Shown in pieces: positions 54,365 to 64,000 of a stretch of 64,000 nucleotides of DNA. The translations under genes and the position numbers were made by a program. Under the pieces are notes generated by a model. That model was not told the DNA's origin and ran no database searches. It was given only the letters and a program-made list of their open reading frames with translations. The stretch is from Deferribacterales bacterium (GTDB lineage Bacteria > Chrysiogenota > Deferribacteres > Deferribacterales > Geovibrionaceae), in assembly GCA_050253075.1 (NCBI GenBank), contig JBFWJS010000004.1, forward strand, positions 1 to 64,000, written 5' to 3'. Every line of letters begins with the position of its first letter. The stretch's first letter is position 1.

Positions 54365-56380
54365 ATGTTTAGGCTAGTGTTTTTTACGGCCGCTTTACTA
54401 ATATGTTTCCCTCTTTATGCCCGTGACAAATATGTCGCGGCATTCCCGGAGAATGTCCCGCCATACTACATAACCATAAACGGAGAGACAAACGGCTTCG
54501 GCATTGAGCTTGTGAAAGAGCTGGCAAAAAGGCTGGATATAGATGTCGAGTTCCACCCTATGCGCACCCGAGAAGACGTTGTAAAAGCTATCATGCAGGG
54601 TGAGGCAGACATCATCCCCAACACCATAAAGACAGATAAACGCTCCCCCTTTCTCCTTTATACCGAGTCGTACAACACCAGCCCCGTGGGTGTGATGACA
54701 CGAACGGACAAGTACGACATCAACTCTCTGGAAGACCTCGCAAATCATAAGCTGGCATACCAGTCAAACAACATTTACCTTAACAAACTGGCACACATAG
54801 ACAACATAAAGCTCATCCCCACGGAAAACGGCGAACACCTGCTTTACGACCTTTTCTCAGGGAAAGTAGACGCCATCCTTTATCACATCCCCCCCACACT
54901 GGAGACGGCAAAAGCCATGGGCATAGGCAACAGAATAAAGATAATACACCCTATACTATACGAATCCGTGCGTTCCATCGCCGTGTCTAAACGCCAGCCA
55001 GACCTTTACCTTATGCTTAACAGCGAGCTGATAAACTATATGAAGACAGGCGAATACATAGACCTTTTCAAAAAGTGGCACGCAGACGATGAGGTCTATT
55101 GGGACAGGCGAAAGACTTACACCATTTTCATATCCATATTCATAATAACTATGGCAGGGATGATCCTCTGGAGGTTCATATCCCTGAAAAAGAAGAATAA
55201 AGAGCTGAAAAGCGCAAAAGAGGCACTGGAAAAATCAGAGGAATCTTTCAGAGCTCTTGCGGGGGTATCAAACGACATCATGATATTCTGCAGTCCTGAT
55301 TATAAAGACGTGTTCTTCATCAGCGACTCTTACAGCAGGATCTGCGGAAGGGACATCGACAGCTTTAAGGAAGACCCGCTCTCCCTCAGGCGCTGTGTAC
55401 ACCCCGCAGACAGAGAGTTTCTCGAACCGAACAGTATATTCCTGAAAGAATCAGAACTGAACAAAAACATACGGCTGATAAACAACAGAACCGAAGAAGT
55501 ACACTGGGTAATAATACGTAAATACCTTTTCACCGGCGAAAAGAGCAAAGAAGCAATGCTCGCCGTGGTTATGACAGAGATCAGCGATGTGATCAAAGCT
55601 CAGGAAGAGCGTGCAGCACACGAGGCTGTCATGGTGCAGCAGGCAAAATATGCCTCAATGGGAGAGATGATAAGAGCCATATCCCACCAGTGGAAACAGC
55701 CGCTAAACGCCCTCTATCTCTGTACACAGCTGATGCAGGACGAAGCAGAAGAGAGACAGGACGATACCATGCTGGAATACCTGCACTCTTCCGAAGAGCT
55801 TATTGAGCACATGGCGTCCACCATCTCTGATTTCCGCTCATTCTTCAAAAGCGACAACACCAGCGAGGACTTCGACGCCACAGCCACAGTCATAAACACC
55901 ATAAAGCTCATAGAGCCCCAGATACGCTCACTGGGCATCAAATACAGCATTACCTGCTCCTGTCATAATCAGGAGTACAACTGCAGCAACAAGATCGTCA
56001 ATAAAGACCACCCATGCAAATTCTATGTAAAGGGTAAGCGGAATGAATTCAAACACGCAGTGATAAACATACTGCAGAACGCCAAAGACGAACTGGTAAG
56101 AAAATCAAGCGATGATAAGAATATAACTGTCACCATGCACTGCAACGGCGGATTTATGCTGGATATATCAGACGACGGAAAAGGGATAGCAGAAGGCATG
56201 CTGGAAAAGATCTTCAACCCCGATATAACAATGAAGGAAGACGGCACGGGGCTCGGGCTGCACCTGACCAAAAAGATAATTGAAAATATGCAAGGCAGGG
56301 TCTGGGCAGAGAATTATAACGACGGCGCCAGATTCAGGATAAAGCTCCCGCTTTATAACAAACAGGACACCTTTAACTGA
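54365..56380 (+). CDS. Membrane sensor histidine kinase (periplasmic solute-binding domain + PAS)
   Basis: SBP_bac_3-like N-terminus (PPY...GFGIEL), TM, PAS (VHPADR), SHQWKQPL, DDGKG, GTGLGL. Confidence 0.88.
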   Translation: MFRLVFFTAALLICFPLYARDKYVAAFPENVPPYYITINGETNGFGIELVKELAKRLDIDVEFHPMRTREDVVKAIMQGEADIIPNTIKTDKRSPFLLYTESYNTSPVGVMTRTDKYDINSLEDLANHKLAYQSNNIYLNKLAHIDNIKLIPTENGEHLLYDLFSGKVDAILYHIPPTLETAKAMGIGNRIKIIHPILYESVRSIAVSKRQPDLYLMLNSELINYMKTGEYIDLFKKWHADDEVYWDRRKTYTIFISIFIITMAGMILWRFISLKKKNKELKSAKEALEKSEESFRALAGVSNDIMIFCSPDYKDVFFISDSYSRICGRDIDSFKEDPLSLRRCVHPADREFLEPNSIFLKESELNKNIRLINNRTEEVHWVIIRKYLFTGEKSKEAMLAVVMTEISDVIKAQEERAAHEAVMVQQAKYASMGEMIRAISHQWKQPLNALYLCTQLMQDEAEERQDDTMLEYLHSSEELIEHMASTISDFRSFFKSDNTSEDFDATATVINTIKLIEPQIRSLGIKYSITCSCHNQEYNCSNKIVNKDHPCKFYVKGKRNEFKHAVINILQNAKDELVRKSSDDKNITVTMHCNGGFMLDISDDGKGIAEGMLEKIFNPDITMKEDGTGLGLHLTKKIIENMQGRVWAENYNDGARFRIKLPLYNKQDTFN

Positions 56381-57005
56381 TAATAGCGAAAGCCCTCACA
56401 GGGGAACCGTCTCCACGCTCTATGTTCAGAGGCAGACAGCTTATCGCAAACTCTTTCCCTTCGAGCTTATCAAGATTTGCGAGGTTTTCAACTATCAGCA
56501 TCTCATGACCAAAGAATATCTTGTGATTGCCAAAGTCCACAGTGTCCACAGGGTCTACGGATATCATATCCACGCATATCCCCTTCAGACCGCTCTTCGC
56601 AAGGAAAAGTGACGCCTCCTCAGACAGCACGGGATAGTTTGTGAAATACCTGTCATCGCCCCATCTCTTGCTCCAGCCGGACATCAGCACGGCAAAGTCC
56701 GCACCTTTCAGCTCCGCTTCATAGCTTTTGATATATGATAGCGACACTATCTCCATCCCACGCACGTCTATCAGCACGCCCCGCCCTGTGAAGTCGGATA
56801 TGTCATAGTCCGAAAGCGACCTTCCCCCCTCCATAATGTGGCAAGGGGTATCCATGTGTGTCCCCGTATGGGAAAACATAGTGATGAGGCGCTCCTCGAA
56901 GCCGTTCTTTCCGATGGTGGTTTCCACCTTTATCTCAGGCGGTTTTGTCCCCGGATATACTGGCATATTCTCTTGTATCATGTGTGTAAGGTCTATCATC
57001 TTCAT
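56373..57005 (-). CDS. Cyclase-family protein (kynurenine formamidase-like)
   Basis: IDLTH, HTGTHMD, ENLANL, GDGSPVRA. Confidence 0.9.
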   Translation of the reverse strand: MKMIDLTHMIQENMPVYPGTKPPEIKVETTIGKNGFEERLITMFSHTGTHMDTPCHIMEGGRSLSDYDISDFTGRGVLIDVRGMEIVSLSYIKSYEAELKGADFAVLMSGWSKRWGDDRYFTNYPVLSEEASLFLAKSGLKGICVDMISVDPVDTVDFGNHKIFFGHEMLIVENLANLDKLEGKEFAISCLPLNIERGDGSPVRAFAIIS

Positions 57006-57062
57006 AACTGCTATTTACCACAAGTTTTGCCCTTTGTAAAAGGATTTGACTTTTGCCCATAC

Positions 57063-57088
57063 TTAGACTAATTTGGACAAAATTAGAC
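57063..57088 (+). promoter_or_regulatory. 10-bp-phased direct repeats TT(A/G)GAC
   Basis: TTAGAC 57063, TTGGAC 57073, TTAGAC 57083, just upstream of the HTH gene. Confidence 0.65.
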
Positions 57089-57101
57089 AGGAATCATAAT
57101 A

Positions 57102-57770
57102 ATGGACACACTATTTCTCTCTGTGAAAGATATGTCGGCAAAGCTGAACGTGTCTGAAAAGACTGTCTACCGCATGATCAACGATAACAAGATACCCTAT
57201 GGTATCAAGATCGGCGGGCAGTGGCGGTTTAATTCTGAAAAGATAGACAAATGGGTAAACAGCGGGAGCGCCTCCGAGGAGAGTACGCCGTCCTTAAAGG
57301 ACATCACAATAGGCGAGACCCTCGACTACGGCTCTGTGATATACAAGCTGTGCGGGACAAACCGTGACGAAACCCTCGATCAGATACTATCCATACTCAG
57401 CAGATTCACACCGGAAGAGAAGCAAAACATCAAGAAGAACATTTTGTACAAGGAATCTATTATATCCTCCTCTGTCAGCGGAGTATCGGTCATGATAGCC
57501 GACTACGACCAACAGATAAACAGCGGGAAGTCAGTCTTCGCCGTTGCATATCTGGATACTCCGCTGGATTTCAAGGCGATCGACGGCATCGCCACAGAGA
57601 TAGTAATACTCATCATCCCCGCAAATACGACAGAACAGCTCGTCCTCTCCACCAGACTGAGAGGACTGATGCATAACGATAAATTTGTGCAGATACTCAG
57701 GAGCGAGCCCACAAGGAGCGCTCTGATAGAATATGTTAAGGATCTCGAGTCTAAACTATTTTCGAAGTAG
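57102..57770 (+). CDS. Excisionase-type HTH fused to a degenerate PTS EIIA(Ntr)-like domain
   Basis: LSVKDMSAKLNVSEKTVYRM...KIGGQWRF; LDTPLDFKAIDG; catalytic PH motif absent. Confidence 0.8.
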   Translation: MDTLFLSVKDMSAKLNVSEKTVYRMINDNKIPYGIKIGGQWRFNSEKIDKWVNSGSASEESTPSLKDITIGETLDYGSVIYKLCGTNRDETLDQILSILSRFTPEEKQNIKKNILYKESIISSSVSGVSVMIADYDQQINSGKSVFAVAYLDTPLDFKAIDGIATEIVILIIPANTTEQLVLSTRLRGLMHNDKFVQILRSEPTRSALIEYVKDLESKLFSK

Positions 57771-57777
57771 GTGAGCC

Positions 57778-59400
57778 ATGCCCAATGCCGCATCACGAAC
57801 AGCCCGTCTAAGGGGCGATATATACGGCGGTCTGACCGCAGCAGTCATTGCGCTCCCCCTTGCCCTCGCCTTTGGTGTTGCAAGCGGTGCAGGGGCACAG
57901 GCGGGTCTGTACGGAGCTATCATACTCGGCTTTGTAGCATCTGCCTTCGGCGGTACGGCTGTGCAGATATCCGGTCCGACAGGCCCGATGACAGTCGTCG
58001 CAGCATCTGCCATAGCAATATTTTCGGGCGATATATCGTCGGTGGTGACAGTCATATTCCTCGGCGGTGTGTTTCAGATAATGCTGGGCGTGCTGAAGGT
58101 GGGGAAGCTGGTTCGCTTCATCCCTTACCCTGTAATATCAGGCTTCATGACGGGGATCGGGGTGATAATCATACTGCTTCAGATACACCCCCTCGTCGGT
58201 GCCGAAGGGTACAGCTCGCCGATACTGGCTGTGGAACATCTGCCGGGCGTCTTTCAGGGATTCAGACCTGCCGATGCCGCTCTAGGGCTCATCACCCTCG
58301 TGATAGTCTTCTTCTTTCCCAAAAAACTCTCTGCAAAGCTCCCGTCGCCTCTGGCGGCGCTCATCATATGCACAGCCGCATCCGTTATATTTAAGATGGA
58401 TGTGACAACCATAGGGCACATCCCCACAGAGCTGCCGAAGCTGATAATGCCGTCGCTTGACATAGCACACCTCACATTCATGGTGACCACTGCGCTGTCT
58501 CTCGCCGTGCTCGGCTCCATAGACTCGCTTCTGACTTCGCTGGTGGCGGACTCCCTCACAAAGACAAACCACAACCCGAACAAAGAGCTGATAGCTCAGG
58601 GAATGGGAAACTCTCTGGCGGCACTCGTCGGAGGCATCCCCGGTGCAGGGGCGACAATGCGTACCGTAGTGAATGTTAAGGCCGGGGGCACAACCCGCTT
58701 TTCAGGGATACTGCATGCCTTAGTGCTCCTTTTGATAATGCTCATCTTCGGCGGAGAGGCAGAGATGATACCCATGGCAGTGCTTTCGGGTATACTGATA
58801 AAGGTCGGGATAGACATAGTCGACTATCGTTTCCTCAGAATACTGAAAAAAGCACCCAGACACGACACGATCGTCATGTTTGCAGTGCTTGGTCTTACGG
58901 TTTTCGTTGACCTCATCGTTGCCGTGGGTGTCGGCATAGTGCTCGCATCCATACTGCTGACATACCGCATAGCGAGCCAGACCAGCACACAGATACACGA
59001 GATACCGATAGATATAGAAGAACACGAGCTGAGCCGTGAGGTTCAGGAGAGTACAAAATACTCCATACGAGTGGTTGATATAAACGGACCGTTCTTTTTC
59101 GGCTCTACCAGCCAGATAGTGGGCAAAATAGGCCAGCTGCTCGGCACGCAGATAGTCATATTCAACTGCCGTAACGTGCCTTTCATAGATTATTCTGCCG
59201 TCTTTGCCCTTTCTGAAAAGATAATGAAGCTGAACGGACACGGCATAATGACCATGCTCGTATTCAGCGAGGATATAGCCGAAAGCCTTAAAAAGTGTGA
59301 GATAACGAAACTCCTGCCGAAGGAGCACATCTTCACCACTCTGGAAGACGCAGTGAAACATGCGGAAAAGCACTTCCACGAAAACAGTATAAAAAAATAA
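57778..59400 (+). CDS. SulP/SLC26 anion transporter (BicA-like) with STAS domain
   Basis: GDIYGGLTAAVIALPLALAFG, ISGPTGPM, GAGATMRT, STAS GPFFFGS. Confidence 0.92.
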   Translation: MPNAASRTARLRGDIYGGLTAAVIALPLALAFGVASGAGAQAGLYGAIILGFVASAFGGTAVQISGPTGPMTVVAASAIAIFSGDISSVVTVIFLGGVFQIMLGVLKVGKLVRFIPYPVISGFMTGIGVIIILLQIHPLVGAEGYSSPILAVEHLPGVFQGFRPADAALGLITLVIVFFFPKKLSAKLPSPLAALIICTAASVIFKMDVTTIGHIPTELPKLIMPSLDIAHLTFMVTTALSLAVLGSIDSLLTSLVADSLTKTNHNPNKELIAQGMGNSLAALVGGIPGAGATMRTVVNVKAGGTTRFSGILHALVLLLIMLIFGGEAEMIPMAVLSGILIKVGIDIVDYRFLRILKKAPRHDTIVMFAVLGLTVFVDLIVAVGVGIVLASILLTYRIASQTSTQIHEIPIDIEEHELSREVQESTKYSIRVVDINGPFFFGSTSQIVGKIGQLLGTQIVIFNCRNVPFIDYSAVFALSEKIMKLNGHGIMTMLVFSEDIAESLKKCEITKLLPKEHIFTTLEDAVKHAEKHFHENSIKK

Positions 59401-59423
59401 AGGGCGGTATCACCCCGAGCCGT

Positions 59424-59664
59424 TTAAAATATTTGTTGCAGAATCTCTAAAACAAACACAGCTAATTCATTCTGAACGGAGTGGAGAATCTGATACCATC
59501 AGAGAATCCAAGTGTTCAGATCCTTCGGCTAAAGCCTAACATCTTCTTGTCATTCTGAGCCTGTTTAAAGGCGTAAGAATCTCAGACTGCTGCTTATTAA
59601 GCTCCTCAGAGTGACGGTTACCTTTTCTTATCTTAAATATTTTTCGCAGCAACACGTCTTTTAA
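59424..59664. mobile_element. MITE-like element, copy 2
   Basis: ttaaaatatttgttgc...gcaacacgtcttttaa; shared 5' half with copy 1; internal CGTC palindrome 59549-59615. Confidence 0.6.
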
Positions 59665-59696
59665 AAGGCTTAGATATCACCTGCCCTCTTGATTTA

Positions 59697-61379
59697 TCAA
59701 TCAACCTGCAGAACCACAGGTTCGTTTATCCCCGTGTCGAAATTCTTCTCTGATATCGTCTCCTGAACATTTACAACAGGCTCCACGTTTGCATCACGTC
59801 CATAGATAAAGCTCTGATCCTCAACGATAACCTTGTACGCTTTATTCAGCGTCACCGCACGTTCGGCAGATGGGTAAAGGAGCAGGCTGACATCACCGTG
59901 CAGTGCCTCTATCATGTCCTTTTTAATACTGCCGTCCTTGTTAAAGAACTTTTCCATCACTTCATAATTACCTCGGAACTCGTCCCCTGCCTTGTTGTTT
60001 TCAAGGTAAAAGGAATACTCATATCTCTCGCCGTATTTTTCATATGTTGCTTTAGGCTCGGGCGTACCCTCCAGACCTTTCTGTGTCCAGTGATACCACC
60101 CACGCTGGAATGATTTTCCGTCGAACTTTCTGGGGAAAGAAAAGATGCTGTCCGTTGTCACGCCGAGGTTTGTGTGACATCCCATGCAAAAGATATTTTC
60201 CTCGAATGTCTGCGGGCGGAGGTTCCCTTCGGCATCCTCGATGAATGCCTGATAAGCCCACCCCTGCGAGTTGCTTACGCCCTCTTCCACATCGCCGTAG
60301 TATTCACCCAGCCTGTCGGGGAAGTCGTATGTCTCTTTCATCTCTTCTCTGGCGAGGTGTTCGAGAACGGTGTAGTTCTTATACCTCTTCTTCACTGCAT
60401 AGCGGAGCTCCTTCATACGGGGAGACATGGCTATGCTTCCGTCTTTCACGTCTATGTATCTAACAGAGTGCAGGAATTCTGTCCCCTGAGGGAACAGCCC
60501 GGCAGCTATCTGTATATCGCCTTTTTTAAACATCTTTTCCGCTAGCCCCACAAGGTGCATCAGCTCGCCGTTTCTGGGATCCCACCTGTAGACAACCTTT
60601 GACGCTATGTCCGCCTTACCGTTTTTGTTCAGGTCAATGCCGTATTTCGACTCATCCACGGGGTCTATATCCACATCACGCATCATGACCATAGCCTCCA
60701 CCACAGCCATATTCAGCTTATACACTTCAAGATCGAATTTACCCTCTGCATCCTTGCGGAAGTCGCTTGAGAGCCTTATCAGCACATCGTCCGTGGAGCC
60801 GTTTGTCGGCCAGAATGTCCCGAGGAATGGTGAATATGCAAACGCCCTCCACCCTGTGAAGCGTCCGTCGGGAGATTTGTCAAAGCCCTGCGCATCAAAG
60901 CTGAAGTAACAGTCGGGGATGTATCCGTCCCACTTTCCGTTTCCGTTATAGTCCCATTCCTTCGGCAGGTTAGACAGCTCCCCTGCGAGGATTATCTTTC
61001 CGTCTTTAGCTTTATAGTTGTCCATGCGGACATACTGCATTATCTCTTTGTCCGAGATGGCTTTTACCCGCTCGGTCTTATCGAGAAAGAGGTTCTTCCA
61101 TCTGTTGTCGTTAAGGTATTCAGCGAAATCATAAGAAGACTGAAGGTCTCCGTCGGCGTTGTAATTGGGCTCTACAGAGTTTGTATGACAGCTGTAGCAA
61201 GGGTTGTAAACCTCGCCCTTCTCACCTTTCGTCTTTGTATAGCACTGCGGAGGCAGGTATGCTGCCTCGTTCACGGTGCTTTTGGATGTCAGGTTTTTAT
61301 ACGCCCTGCTCTTTGCCCCTGCCGTAAATGCAGAGACAGCCATAACCACAGAAAAAACAATCAGTAATAACTTTTTCAT
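59697..61379 (-). CDS. Exported protein with two CxxCH motifs (putative c-type cytochrome), PhoX-associated
   Basis: Signal peptide; CYSCH and CMGCH. Confidence 0.7.
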   Translation of the reverse strand: MKKLLLIVFSVVMAVSAFTAGAKSRAYKNLTSKSTVNEAAYLPPQCYTKTKGEKGEVYNPCYSCHTNSVEPNYNADGDLQSSYDFAEYLNDNRWKNLFLDKTERVKAISDKEIMQYVRMDNYKAKDGKIILAGELSNLPKEWDYNGNGKWDGYIPDCYFSFDAQGFDKSPDGRFTGWRAFAYSPFLGTFWPTNGSTDDVLIRLSSDFRKDAEGKFDLEVYKLNMAVVEAMVMMRDVDIDPVDESKYGIDLNKNGKADIASKVVYRWDPRNGELMHLVGLAEKMFKKGDIQIAAGLFPQGTEFLHSVRYIDVKDGSIAMSPRMKELRYAVKKRYKNYTVLEHLAREEMKETYDFPDRLGEYYGDVEEGVSNSQGWAYQAFIEDAEGNLRPQTFEENIFCMGCHTNLGVTTDSIFSFPRKFDGKSFQRGWYHWTQKGLEGTPEPKATYEKYGERYEYSFYLENNKAGDEFRGNYEVMEKFFNKDGSIKKDMIEALHGDVSLLLYPSAERAVTLNKAYKVIVEDQSFIYGRDANVEPVVNVQETISEKNFDTGINEPVVLQVD

Positions 61380-61463
61380 AAACCACCAAACCAATAATTA
61401 AAAAAAGCACACAGAGCCGTTAAGCCCCGTGTGCCTTATATATGTCAAAAACTTTTTCGACTA

Positions 61464-63329
61464 TTAATCCATAGCAGGGAAAGGACCTACATAGCCTGTG
61501 TAGCCTCTTGTAGCTTCAGATCCCGGTGTTGTTTTATCTTCGTCAGATTCACCGTATGGGTGCTGGATAACAGACATCATATACGCCCATCCGTTAATGT
61601 TAGGGTAAAAGTATGGTGATGTTGTCTCAGAGCCGTAAGGTGTTGTCTGGATACGTGTGAGTTTCTTATCTTTCAGGTTGTAAGACCAGATAACGTCATT
61701 CTGGTGACCGGAGCCTGTGTCCTCACCAATGATGAGAGTGTTGTATCCGGGCATGAATGTGAGGTTATCAGGGTTTGATATACCGTCGAGGTCACATTTG
61801 TTCTTTTCGAACTCGCTCCCTTTCTCATACATTTTACTGTCGTTGAAAGCGCCGTAGCCTATTGTGAGAGGCTTGCCTTTCACCACTGCGTACATGTTCC
61901 TAGCTACATAGTTCTCGTCGAGGTCGAGGGCATATACGGCACCGCAGTTGTTCAGCATCAGCTTGATGTCGTTGTATCCGCCGCCGTCGTAAGAAGATGA
62001 AGGCTTGCCGTTCTTCTTCATGTTTTCCATACCGCGTGAAACTTCGGAGATAGCGAGGTACATAGTGTTTGTATCAGGGTCGAGTGTGATACCTTCCATC
62101 TTACGGAACTCTGTAGTACCGCCCATGATGGCTGCGTATCTGCGTGTCTCAAGTCTGGAAGCAGCCTTGGCCATTCCCTTTTTAACTTTCAGACACTCTT
62201 TGCCTGTTGTTGTGTTGATGTGTGTGAAGCCCGGGGTGGAGCATTTTCCGTCTTTAGCCTCTTCAGCATCAAATATGTCATAGAAAGAAACTTTTTCGTT
62301 GATGTAGTGAGCTATCTCAGCATCTGTGGAGTGTCCGAGGCTTATCCAGCCGAGGTCGGCTTCGCCGCCGCCGACAGCTTTTTTCTGTATCCACTTAGCC
62401 ACGTAAAGAGTACCTGCGCTGAGGTCGCCCTTTTTATCAGCGACAAAGCGGAAGAGACCGACGTTTGTTCCGTCGTCTGAGATGTATGCTGTTTTGCCGT
62501 CAGGCATAACGTATGAGAGCTCGTGAGCAACGCGTCCCATAGCGTAATGCTTTGCTACTTTTACATAGTCGTAGTCGTCTACGTTTATCTCTATCTGATA
62601 TCCATAGTCGTATGCGTTCATATCTTTGAAAGCAGCAGGCTTTGTATCTTTCGGGTCGAGACCGAAATATTTTGTCTGTGAGAAATCGTATTCGTCGTTA
62701 AAGTTGCCTGTGACAGGGTCAACTTTTCTTGCATCGGGCTCATACTCTTCAGAAGCGAGGTGAGCGCCCCATGGTGTTACGCTGCCCGCACAGTGTACCC
62801 ATCCGCCCTTGACGTTTGAATAGTCTATGTGGCGTGTTTTCATAGCTGTGAGCTTGCCTGTTGCCTTGTCCTGAGACAGAGCAGTGATGTATATCGCACC
62901 GGGGGAGTTCTCAAAGTGGGATACCATATAAAGGTTTCCGTCGCGTCCTGTGATGAGCGATGCGAAGTCGTTGCTCACAGAGATAAACTTTGAGCCGTCT
63001 TTATTTATGATCTCTTTTCCGTCCTTATCAAACATAAGTCCGAATGTTCCGTTTGCAGGGTTGCCTTGTGGGTTTTCGCCGCTTCTGAGGATAGTGTTAT
63101 ATCCGATGGCGTATTCCTTGCCGTTGATAGTAACTTTGCTAGATGCGAGTATGTCGCGCTTCTCTGCGTCAGTAGCAGGTGCCTTCACACCTTCGAAGAT
63201 GATGCTCTTCTCGGCAGATGATGTCTTCTCAGGGGTCGTCTTTACATTCCCGGAGCCGGCGCAGGCGGTAATAGCAGCTGTGACAGCCACGGCGCAGGCA
63301 AATGTAGTAAATCTTTTAACTATGCACAT
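61464..63329 (-). CDS. phoX: PhoX-family alkaline phosphatase, lipoprotein
   Basis: HCAGSVTPWGAHLASEEYE, AMGRVAHE, KMEG, NPDNL, IGED, IQHP; lipobox ITAC. Confidence 0.88.
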   Translation of the reverse strand: MCIVKRFTTFACAVAVTAAITACAGSGNVKTTPEKTSSAEKSIIFEGVKAPATDAEKRDILASSKVTINGKEYAIGYNTILRSGENPQGNPANGTFGLMFDKDGKEIINKDGSKFISVSNDFASLITGRDGNLYMVSHFENSPGAIYITALSQDKATGKLTAMKTRHIDYSNVKGGWVHCAGSVTPWGAHLASEEYEPDARKVDPVTGNFNDEYDFSQTKYFGLDPKDTKPAAFKDMNAYDYGYQIEINVDDYDYVKVAKHYAMGRVAHELSYVMPDGKTAYISDDGTNVGLFRFVADKKGDLSAGTLYVAKWIQKKAVGGGEADLGWISLGHSTDAEIAHYINEKVSFYDIFDAEEAKDGKCSTPGFTHINTTTGKECLKVKKGMAKAASRLETRRYAAIMGGTTEFRKMEGITLDPDTNTMYLAISEVSRGMENMKKNGKPSSSYDGGGYNDIKLMLNNCGAVYALDLDENYVARNMYAVVKGKPLTIGYGAFNDSKMYEKGSEFEKNKCDLDGISNPDNLTFMPGYNTLIIGEDTGSGHQNDVIWSYNLKDKKLTRIQTTPYGSETTSPYFYPNINGWAYMMSVIQHPYGESDEDKTTPGSEATRGYTGYVGPFPAMD

Positions 63330-63518
63330 TATGTACCCTCTCCTAATAATTTTAATTGAGATTAGCAAAGGGTTATTATCTAGTTTCAAAATCTATGTTG
63401 TTAAAGTGTAAAATTTATTAAATAAAAGCAAATTTCACTCAGTTATAAATATGCTTTAGAACTAAAAAGGCCCGCCTTTAAAAGACGAGCCCTATATAGT
63501 GTTTAAATCGACAGTATC

Positions 63519-64000
63519 TTACTGGTCGAGTGTTATTTCCATAAACTCAGCCATCACTTTGAATATCTGAGTATTGTCTATAAGCCCTGTAGCCACAGAC
63601 GGATATGATGATCCCGCATATTTACCGAAGAGTGTCTCCGCAGCATAGCCTTTTGCATATACGGATACATTCTCGTTTGTATGACCGCCGGAGCCGTAGT
63701 AAACCTCTCCGTCAGGGTAAACAAAGCTGCCGCAGTATTCGCCGTCAGGACATGTACCTGTGAATGCTTCCTGAGCAGGAAGTTCACCGAGCCCCGGAGC
63801 GAGCGCCCTGTTTGTTCTGAGATAACTGTTACCGTGGTCGGATGTCACGATGATCAGTGTGTTAGACCAGTCAATGTTATCTCCCGGCTGATCAACGAAA
63901 TCTATAGCTTCTTTGACAGCGTTTTCAAGATCCATGATCCCGCCGACCATACCTGCATAGTTATTAGCGTGGTTGCTCCAGTCGATATCGCCCTGCTCCA
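63519..64000 (-). CDS. Alkaline phosphatase (PhoA family), C-terminal part; gene continues beyond the window
   Basis: EQGDIDWSNHAN, IIVTSDHG, GGHTNENV, IDNTQIF. Confidence 0.85.
   Translation of the reverse strand, partial: EQGDIDWSNHANNYAGMVGGIMDLENAVKEAIDFVDQPGDNIDWSNTLIIVTSDHGNSYLRTNRALAPGLGELPAQEAFTGTCPDGEYCGSFVYPDGEVYYGSGGHTNENVSVYAKGYAAETLFGKYAGSSYPSVATGLIDNTQIFKVMAEFMEITLDQ

Noticed and set aside
57102..57270. Prophage excisionase
   Set aside because: It is fused to an EIIA-like domain, with no integrase or phage genes nearby
63385..63420. Pho box upstream of phoX
   Set aside because: Only weak TTTACA/ACAACA-like repeats in AT-rich DNA

Overview
This is a core-genome bacterial window of roughly mid-40s % GC, judged by eye. 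Protein style and gene order suggest an anaerobic Gram-negative, probably Deferribacterota (Denitrovibrio/Seleniivibrio-like); that assignment is inference. In order it contains: PAS protein, msbA-like transporter and GT4; a TPR/histidine kinase/sigma54-regulator triad, cheV and cpoB; glyA under a ZTP riboswitch; an NtrC-like regulator, rnr, a Cache-GGDEF-EAL protein, lolA, pyc and uvrC. A redox/metal block follows (DsrE, four NifB/NifX-like paralogues, CDF plus an atypical RcnR/CsoR, a selenocysteine peroxiredoxin split by the ORF caller, bacterioferritin). Next is a TCA cluster (acnB, icd, mdh, sucCD, korDABC) interrupted by an oppositely oriented cassette with a secreted caspase-FGE protein and three lipoproteins. 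The end holds gdhA with an orphan PPDK-N-like protein, an HTH/pseudo-EIIA regulator with a SulP transporter, and a phosphatase cluster (PhoA fragment, PhoX, di-CxxCH partner). Non-coding highlights: a ~114-nt G-U-rich rod hairpin in the korDABC leader, a shared 17-bp operator and promoter at icd and acnB, 10-bp-phased direct repeats before the HTH-EIIA gene, dispersed CGTC-type palindromic repeats and two MITE-like copies. No rRNA, tRNA, CRISPR array or transposase was seen. All calls come from reading the sequence; no database search was run.
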